Shown: positions 58,000-64,000 of the stretch, piece after piece | Position numbering within the stretch: position 1 is the first letter of the stretch | How the letters are laid out: each line of letters begins with the position of its first letter | Virus record (IMG/VR): IMGVR_UViG_3300025727_000782 | Span: 13,467 to 77,466 of that record | Strand: one strand, 5' to 3' | Length of the DNA: 64,000 nt | DNA from: a virus | Translations under genes and position numbers: made by a program | The notes under the pieces: model-generated | What the model was told of the DNA's origin: nothing | The model's input: the letters and a program-made list of their open reading frames with translations, nothing else | Database searches by the model: none

Positions 58000-60323
58000 A
58001 AATCTTTTTACCAAACTTATTAGGAGATCAATTGTTTCATGCTGGATATGGAGATGCATTAGTTGCATTTTCCCAATTCAATACATTACTTGAAATCTTT
58101 AAACAAGATTTAACATTGTATTTTTTAGTTTCTAAGAAGTTTGATGACTTTACTATTATAGAGGAACATTTAGATAATTTTAAAAATGATAGAATAACTG
58201 CCGATATGTATGGTACTATAAAGCATATTTACGATAAGTATCATCATCCAGATTTTAAGTGCACGATACACTTTATTTCTACATATGATATTAGTGATGT
58301 TTTAGTTTACGAAACGGATAAAGTATATAGAACTAAACATACTGGAGTTATTGCAGATAAAATTAAAAAATATTGTGAAAAATATAAGAATGCACCCGAT
58401 ACATTTCCATTCACACGACATATCCCAACACATCTTCGATATTCAGGCCCAACAGGTAATCCAAAGTGGTGGACAATAGAAGATATGTTGAATGAAGATA
58501 TTGCTCCGAGAAATATGGATAGTATTGGTGATGATGATTGTATTGTATTACTTGGTTGTTCCGAGTTAATACCACAAGACTTAAAAACTTGTTGGATTAG
58601 AATGACTGATTTTAAGAGTAGAGATAAAATAAAAAATATTTTATTATACGATGTAAGACAAGACATAGAAAATATTAAAAGTAAAGATAGGGAACTGCAG
58701 TTCAGAAAAAAAATGGATTTGGCTAAAAAATATGTTGAGACGGGTCGCAAAGGTCGAAATTTGATGGACTATTCTGATTTTTTGTTTGCATTGAAAAAAA
58801 CATTACCATCGGATTGGAAAGATAGGTTATTTGATACTTTATCTAAGTCTGGATATAATGTAGAGTTTTTAGAATATAGTGATTCAATGGATGAGAAATT
58901 GGATAAAATAAAAAATACTGATTTAATCATTGGTACTGAGGGTGGTATTTGTCATTTAGCACCAATACATCATAAAAAGTATATGGTGGTATTAAGTACT
59001 ACTTTTTTAGAACTTTTAGATTTATTTATTACTGATCATTGGAGATTACATATGGGTTCTATCGATGAGCGCGATGCAAGAAATAGTATTTTTAGATATT
59101 TTTTATTTTATAAAACTGTTTTATTAGTTACTGAAAAATCTTTGATGAGTGATCCTGTAAAGTGTATAGAGGAGTTTGTAAGAAAGACTGGAATAAGTTC
59201 AACGACAAATGTAAAGAGTTGGAGTATTAGTACTATTGATAGTATAGATAACTTTAAAAAATACTTTCAACTTTTAGATTTTAATCTTGATGGAGTTGAT
59301 ATGGATTCGAATCTGAACAATATAAAAAATAATAAATGGAAAAGTTTGAACCCGTGGGCCAAAGTAGAGGAATTTGAAGAAACTGTAGCAGAGTTTGCAG
59401 GTTCTAAGTATGCGGTATCTGTAGATAATTGTACTAATGCTTTATTTTTATGTTTAACATACCTTAAACAATCTGTTGATGTGATAATACCAAAGAAAAC
59501 TTATATTTCAGTTCCACAAACAATTGAGAATTCAGGACATAATGTAGTGTATGAGGATTTAGAGTGGACTGGTGTTTATCAATTAAAACCATATCCGATT
59601 TGGGATGGTGCAACTTTATTTGAAAAAAATATGTATAGGGGGGGTTATCATTGTTTATCATTCCAACATAGAAAACCATTATCTTTGGGTAAGGGTGGAA
59701 TGATATTAACTGATGATATTGAATTCAGAGATTGGGCCCGTAAGGCAAGATACGAGGGTAGAAATTATAAACTTGCCTATGATAATGAACGACCAACTAT
59801 GAAGGGGTGGAATATGTATATGCATCCTGAACACGCTGAGTATGGAATAAAAATATTTAATAATTGTAAGGATAATCCTCCAGCGAGAGTTGGTAGTGAG
59901 GTATATTATGATTTAACTGAACTTGAAGAACTACGATTCTTTGAGGATTTATTTCCACCTACTGTAGATTATTTAGATATAAATGATTTTAGATTCAGTA
60001 TAGATTATAAATTTCCAGAATCTATAGAACATCACGATGAGTTAAGAACGGATGAAGAGGGTCCAGTTTGTGAATGTGTTGGTGAAAATACTAATAAGGC
60101 ATTATTTGAATATTTTCAAAAAATAATTAAAAGTGGAATTGACTTACCAGTTTATGTAAATTCAAAAAACCAAGTTGTGGATGGTTGGCATAGACTACAC
60201 GCTTATTATTATCTTGGAAGAACAGAAATTCCTATATATCGTAATAAAGTATCAAGAACTCATGGTTTTTGTTGGAAAAGAGGAATTGAGGGTAAACGAA
60301 GATTGAGACTTAAAACTTGGTAA
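57996..60323 (+). CDS. Multidomain protein: GT9-like N-terminus + DegT/DnrJ PLP aminotransferase + ParB/Srx-like C-terminus
   Basis: GYGD and DLIIGTEGGICHLA; EFEETVAEFAGSKYAVSVDNCTNAL, SFQHRKPL..GKGGMILTDD; VVDGWHRL; ATGA overlap favours 57996 over 57984. Confidence 0.75.
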   Translation: MKIFLPNLLGDQLFHAGYGDALVAFSQFNTLLEIFKQDLTLYFLVSKKFDDFTIIEEHLDNFKNDRITADMYGTIKHIYDKYHHPDFKCTIHFISTYDISDVLVYETDKVYRTKHTGVIADKIKKYCEKYKNAPDTFPFTRHIPTHLRYSGPTGNPKWWTIEDMLNEDIAPRNMDSIGDDDCIVLLGCSELIPQDLKTCWIRMTDFKSRDKIKNILLYDVRQDIENIKSKDRELQFRKKMDLAKKYVETGRKGRNLMDYSDFLFALKKTLPSDWKDRLFDTLSKSGYNVEFLEYSDSMDEKLDKIKNTDLIIGTEGGICHLAPIHHKKYMVVLSTTFLELLDLFITDHWRLHMGSIDERDARNSIFRYFLFYKTVLLVTEKSLMSDPVKCIEEFVRKTGISSTTNVKSWSISTIDSIDNFKKYFQLLDFNLDGVDMDSNLNNIKNNKWKSLNPWAKVEEFEETVAEFAGSKYAVSVDNCTNALFLCLTYLKQSVDVIIPKKTYISVPQTIENSGHNVVYEDLEWTGVYQLKPYPIWDGATLFEKNMYRGGYHCLSFQHRKPLSLGKGGMILTDDIEFRDWARKARYEGRNYKLAYDNERPTMKGWNMYMHPEHAEYGIKIFNNCKDNPPARVGSEVYYDLTELEELRFFEDLFPPTVDYLDINDFRFSIDYKFPESIEHHDELRTDEEGPVCECVGENTNKALFEYFQKIIKSGIDLPVYVNSKNQVVDGWHRLHAYYYLGRTEIPIYRNKVSRTHGFCWKRGIEGKRRLRLKTW

Positions 60324-60327
60324 ATTT

Positions 60328-60335
60328 ATATTTAT
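60328..60335 (+). promoter_or_regulatory. Putative promoter motif ATATTTAT
   Basis: Heads the kinase/endolysin operon. Confidence 0.55.
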
Positions 60336-60362
60336 AAGTGTAAAACTACACAGGAAATTTAG

Positions 60363-61124
60363 ATGATTAAATTACAAAATATTATTGAGGGTGTACAAGA
60401 TAAAGGTATTTTTAAAGCCGTATTTCTTGCAGGGGGCCCTGGAAGTGGAAAAACAATGTCAGCAAGATGGATATTTGGTATTCCAGACAAGTTTAATATC
60501 AGTATGAGTGGTATGAAAATGGTCAATTCCGATAAAGACTTGAAACATTTATTAAAGAAATTCGGATTCGGTACTGATTTGGATAAAATGCCAGATGAAT
60601 TATTTTCACATTTAACTGGAATGTCAAAAGATATGGTTAGTCCACCACAAGATGTAGATAGTGGATTAAGAAAGTATGCCAAAGAACTTACTGCTGCTAG
60701 GATGAAATTATATAAACAGGGTAAAATTGGAATGATTATAGATGGTACAGGACACGACTTTCAAAAATTACATTCAATGAAAAACGAATTGGAAGCAGAT
60801 GGATATGATACCTATATGGTATTGGTTAATACATCATTAGAGGTGGCACAAAAAAGAAATCAACAACGAGATAGAATATTACCACCAGCACTTTTAAAAA
60901 AGAGTTGGAGCGATGTTCAAAAGAATATAGGAGCTTTTCAGAATTTATTTAAACAAAATTTCGTGATAGTTGATAATTCAAAACATCTATCCGATAAAGA
61001 AGCGGAGGCTAAATTTGTACCATTGGTTACTAAGGTTGTTAGGAAATTTGCTAACATGCCTATCAAAAACCCACTCGGAAGAAAATGGGTTGAAAAACAA
61101 CAAATCCTTAACAAACGGAGATAA
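60363..61124 (+). CDS. P-loop kinase, zeta-toxin/AAA_33-like
   Basis: FLAGGPGSGKT, VNSD, IIDGTG, NTSLEVAQKRNQQRDR. Confidence 0.75.
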   Translation: MIKLQNIIEGVQDKGIFKAVFLAGGPGSGKTMSARWIFGIPDKFNISMSGMKMVNSDKDLKHLLKKFGFGTDLDKMPDELFSHLTGMSKDMVSPPQDVDSGLRKYAKELTAARMKLYKQGKIGMIIDGTGHDFQKLHSMKNELEADGYDTYMVLVNTSLEVAQKRNQQRDRILPPALLKKSWSDVQKNIGAFQNLFKQNFVIVDNSKHLSDKEAEAKFVPLVTKVVRKFANMPIKNPLGRKWVEKQQILNKRR

Positions 61125-61128
61125 GAGT

Positions 61129-61611
61129 ATGTTAATTACTTTTGATGAAATAATCGAAGTAACTTTAGAACACGAGGGTGGATATGTTCACGATCCGAGT
61201 GATTTAGGGGGCGAAACCAATTTTGGTATAGCAAAGAGATTTTATCCTGATGTAGATATCAAGAACCTTACTAAAGAAGGTGCTAAAGAAATCTATAAAA
61301 AAGATTATTGGGATAAGAATAAAATAGATGATGTATCTGATAATTTAAAACATATTTATTTTGATATGTGTGTAAATCAAGGTAGAGGAACTGCAGTAAA
61401 AATCTTACAAAGAGCCATTAATGCAAAGGGTGGTAATTTGAAAGTTGATGGTGGATTCGGGTCAGGCACAAAAGCCGCATTGGACAAATACACTCCAGAG
61501 TTGGAAAGATGTAGAATGTATAGAGTAAAACATTATATGGATATAGTCGCAAGAAAACCTGAGCAGGAAAGATTCCTATATGGGTGGTTTAGGAGAGCAT
61601 TGTCAGTCTAA
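61129..61611 (+). CDS. Endolysin, glycoside hydrolase family 108 with peptidoglycan-binding domain
   Basis: HEGGYVHDPSDLGGETNFGI; FDMCVNQG; VDGGFG; FLYGWFRR; start moved from 60970 to ATG 61129 (GGAG RBS). Confidence 0.9.
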   Translation: MLITFDEIIEVTLEHEGGYVHDPSDLGGETNFGIAKRFYPDVDIKNLTKEGAKEIYKKDYWDKNKIDDVSDNLKHIYFDMCVNQGRGTAVKILQRAINAKGGNLKVDGGFGSGTKAALDKYTPELERCRMYRVKHYMDIVARKPEQERFLYGWFRRALSV

Positions 61612-61922
61612 TGGCTGGAGATTGTTACGCGGCAAATGGTAGGTGGATGATTGGTAAGGATGATTCCTATCGATTAGTTCATGGTGTTGCAATTTTAGCA
61701 TCCGATGGTAAACCATTTGGACATTGTTGGATTGAAAAGGGTGGTACGGTATTGGATTTCAGTAATGGAAAAGATATTAAAATATCTAAAAAGAAATATT
61801 ATGAGTTAGGTGAGATACCAGTTAAACCATATAAACTTTATAAATACAAATATTTAGAGGCTGCAAAACTAATGGTAAAATTAGGACATTGGGGGCCGTG
61901 GGAATTAAAACCACCGAGATAA
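61611..61922 (+). CDS. Small transglutaminase/papain-like Cys-His-Asp protein
   Basis: GDCY...VHG...GHCWIE...VLDFS. Confidence 0.5.
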   Translation: MAGDCYAANGRWMIGKDDSYRLVHGVAILASDGKPFGHCWIEKGGTVLDFSNGKDIKISKKKYYELGEIPVKPYKLYKYKYLEAAKLMVKLGHWGPWELKPPR

Positions 61923-61925
61923 ATT

Positions 61926-62753
61926 ATGATTAAATTAAAAGACTTATTAAATGAAATATATAGTTTAAAACCCCAAGATTTAGTTTCAGTTAAGAATATG
62001 TATGGAGTTTCTGGTTTTAAAAGTAAGATAAAGACTGGGATTGATAAGAATAGTAAATTAGATGATAATATGAAATTATATTTAAAAGATTTAATTGACG
62101 GAAAAGTTAATATGAAAAAATATCCTATAGAAAATAAAACTTTTTTTAATGAGGTTGAAAAGGATTTTGGTGAAGTTCTCGGAGCTATTTATGTTGCTAA
62201 TGGTGGAAGTATTGAATTTCCTACATCATTAACTTTTCCATTAGTTGATTTTTTAGTTCATGATAAAAATAAAATTCGTCAATATTCTGCTAAAGGTGGA
62301 AAATCTACATCAAATACAATGAAAATAAAAGATATTGCAAATATAATTGATAATAATACAGAATATCACAGTTTGTATAAAAATACTTTTATTTATTATG
62401 TAATGAATATTTTAAATCAATCTTCTGTTAAAGACGCGGCATTAAATTTAGCAGATGTATTGAATATAAGTTATGATAAGAATAAACAAGATGATGGACA
62501 TGAAAGATATAGAGTTGAAAGGGAAGTAATAAATTACCTTAATAAAGAGATAGATAAATTTAATAAAATGATAAATAGTATTTTGACAATTGATTATGTA
62601 ATGACTAAAATAGATAGTAAAACTGGTAATTCAACAATTACAATTAAATCAGCAAAGAACATAGGTATAAAATTTAGGTCAAAAAATAATGCACCGACAG
62701 CCCATAAACCACAGGGAAGATGGAAAGATAAAATAGGATTTCAAGTAAAATGA
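61926..62753 (+). CDS. Hypothetical protein, possible PD-(D/E)xK endonuclease
   Basis: KDFGEVLG...FP...PLVDF...YSAKGG spacing; MIKLKDLLNE leader. Confidence 0.45.
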   Translation: MIKLKDLLNEIYSLKPQDLVSVKNMYGVSGFKSKIKTGIDKNSKLDDNMKLYLKDLIDGKVNMKKYPIENKTFFNEVEKDFGEVLGAIYVANGGSIEFPTSLTFPLVDFLVHDKNKIRQYSAKGGKSTSNTMKIKDIANIIDNNTEYHSLYKNTFIYYVMNILNQSSVKDAALNLADVLNISYDKNKQDDGHERYRVEREVINYLNKEIDKFNKMINSILTIDYVMTKIDSKTGNSTITIKSAKNIGIKFRSKNNAPTAHKPQGRWKDKIGFQVK

Positions 62754-63136
62754 TTAAATTAAAAAATATATTTAAAAATAGAAATCATTTTATGAATGAA
62801 ATTTCATCTCGAGCTATGGCAAGTAATGATGAGGGAGAAAAGGATACAGGATTTCTACCAAAAAAAGGAATGAAGAGAGAATTGGGAGTGAATCAAAATA
62901 AACCTGAGCCTTGGTATGAAAAGGGTGGATATAAACAAATGGACTTTCCAGAATCAACTCAAATTTATGATAAGAAAGATAAGAAGACACCTATCGTACA
63001 GGTAATAAAAAGGATTACAAATACCGGTGAGAAGTACGAGGGATTTCAATCAGATGCTGGAAGTTGGGATAAGTATGGTGATAAAGATTTTTCAACAGAT
63101 TTTGATTTTGAAGATTTATTAAGGATGTATAAATGA
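62750..63136 (+). CDS. Hypothetical protein with MIKL leader
   Basis: 128-aa ORF with ATGA overlaps at both ends. Confidence 0.6.
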   Translation: MIKLKNIFKNRNHFMNEISSRAMASNDEGEKDTGFLPKKGMKRELGVNQNKPEPWYEKGGYKQMDFPESTQIYDKKDKKTPIVQVIKRITNTGEKYEGFQSDAGSWDKYGDKDFSTDFDFEDLLRMYK

Positions 63137-63285
63137 AAACATTTCACATAGATGAACCGAGAGAAATCGGAAAGAAAAGATTAAAAATATCTTCAAGAGA
63201 TAAAATGGAACTTAAAGATGATTTAACTGAAAGACTTGTGGTAAAGAAGATAAAAGAGATAATTAAAAACGAGTTAAAAAAATGA
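63133..63285 (+). CDS. 50-aa hypothetical protein (not in ORF track)
   Basis: MKTFHIDEPREIGKKRLKISSRDKMELKDD...; ATGA overlaps on both sides. Confidence 0.55.
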   Translation: MKTFHIDEPREIGKKRLKISSRDKMELKDDLTERLVVKKIKEIIKNELKK

Positions 63286-64000
63286 CCCAATTAACAGAAT
63301 GGTTAACCAAACCACTATTAGAAGGCATAGATTTACCAATTGAAATAGGCGACACCGTTAAAATGGGTAGATTCAAAAACAAAAAAGTTGTTGTTAAATC
63401 TATTGATTGGAATGAAAAGGGTGATTTACTTATCAATGGGAGACCTGCGTTAAAATTCAGAGTTATTCAAAAACAACAAGAGAATATAAGTGAAAGAGCA
63501 AAACAAGCAGTATCAGGTAGAAAGGTTCATAGATATATAACAGGATTTAATCTTAAACATAAAGGTAGAAAATATAAAGAAATAGATTTTGAGTTAGTCA
63601 AAATTGATAATAAAACAGATATGGTTACATTAAAAATCTTGGCACCTAAAAAATTTTTTGGACAAAAAGTTCCAGTAAAATTTAGAACACTTCGTAGAGG
63701 CCCATTTATGAAAACTGATACGAGTAAAAAAATGGAAAATCTTAAAAAAACGCTTGACTTATATAGTAAAAATGTTGTATATTCTATTAGTGAGAAAGGG
63801 GATTTTACATCCAATGTGATAGAAGATAAATCAAAAATTAAAAAAATCGTAGGTGTATACGGTGGACGGTTTCAACCGTTTGGGCCCCACCATTTGAAAA
63901 CCTACAAATGGTTAAAATCAAAAGTAGATGACGCTTATATAGCCACATCTAATCTTAAATCTTTACCACGACACCCGATGAACTATAAAGAAAAAGTTCG
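63282..64000 (+). CDS. Partial CDS running off the window; cytidylyltransferase-like (HxGH-type) nucleotidyltransferase domain
   Basis: Hand translation MTQLTEWLTKPLLEG...KKIVGVYGGRFQPFGPHHLKTY...IATSN...HPMNYKEK. Confidence 0.7.
   Translation, partial: MTQLTEWLTKPLLEGIDLPIEIGDTVKMGRFKNKKVVVKSIDWNEKGDLLINGRPALKFRVIQKQQENISERAKQAVSGRKVHRYITGFNLKHKGRKYKEIDFELVKIDNKTDMVTLKILAPKKFFGQKVPVKFRTLRRGPFMKTDTSKKMENLKKTLDLYSKNVVYSISEKGDFTSNVIEDKSKIKKIVGVYGGRFQPFGPHHLKTYKWLKSKVDDAYIATSNLKSLPRHPMNYKEKV
63754..63783 (+). promoter_or_regulatory. Possible sigma70-like internal promoter
   Basis: TTGACT-N18-TATATT inside the last CDS, upstream of the nucleotidyltransferase domain. Confidence 0.3.

Noticed and set aside
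34597-60323. DNA hypermodification as the main role of the island
   Set aside because: No dNMP hydroxymethylase, TET/JBP, aGPT-Pplase or Dpd/Que genes recognised in this window, and the island adjoins tail genes; not excluded because such genes could lie elsewhere
60970-61128. 53-aa N-terminal extension (SAR-like) on the endolysin
   Set aside because: Overlaps the kinase gene in another frame; ATG 61129 has an RBS and starts right at the GH108 domain
146-63814. Numerous short minus-strand and alternate-frame ORFs in the track (e.g. 15366-15974, 16194-16580, 26065-26625, 58307-58750)
   Set aside because: They lie within long + strand genes with clear motifs, lack RBSs and have compositions expected of shadow frames
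1-64000. Stop-codon reassignment as in some large phages
   Set aside because: Long intact ORFs under the standard code; TAA, TAG and TGA all end genes at tight junctions
1-64000. tRNA, rRNA, CRISPR arrays or large ncRNA
   Set aside because: Intergenic gaps are under about 100 nt and show no cloverleaf or repeat-spacer pattern by eye; no covariance search was run
1-64000. Bacterial chromosome with a contractile injection system and an LPS/capsule locus
   Set aside because: Phage-type primase, resolvase, gp46/47-like fusion, S74 fibre and endolysin, with no housekeeping, flippase or polymerase (Wzx/Wzy) genes, indicate a phage genome

Overview
AT-rich, gene-dense segment of a large tailed dsDNA phage, myovirus-like (gp25/gp6-type baseplate genes). 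Almost every gene is on the + strand, and TAA, TAG and TGA all behave as stops. Order: (1) baseplate/tail structural block, 0.5-12.3 kb, including a 1595-aa protein with an inserted Vint-like Hint domain; (2) a cell-envelope cassette, 12.4-16.8 kb: minimal MscS-like protein, signal-peptide beta-barrel-like protein, an uncalled 22-aa 7-Cys peptide, a membrane protein with an MshEN (c-di-GMP-binding) motif, Cys-free exported thioredoxin fold, lipoprotein, Gly/Val beta-rich + TolA-like helical protein, 2-TM protein; (3) resolvase, primase and a fused Mre11-Rad50 (SbcD-SbcC); (4) a 2794-aa tail fibre with an S74 chaperone, a 1331-aa FN3/Ig-like partner and a second Hint-domain protein; (5) a ~26 kb biosynthetic island with about 7 glycosyltransferase-like domains (three GT7 enzymes with an inserted LamG domain), 2 methyltransferases, an SGNH protein, 8 radical SAM enzymes (one B12-dependent) and a GT/DegT/ParB-like fusion; (6) P-loop kinase, GH108 endolysin and several proteins sharing an MIKL...E leader. 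An ATATTTAT motif precedes most transcription units. The leading candidate for a new system is a phage-encoded pathway that builds a radical-SAM-modified glycan and attaches it to tail proteins, possibly using Hint autoprocessing. The envelope cassette is the second candidate. All family calls are by-eye motif recognition; no searches were run. No tRNA, rRNA, CRISPR array or reverse transcriptase was recognised.
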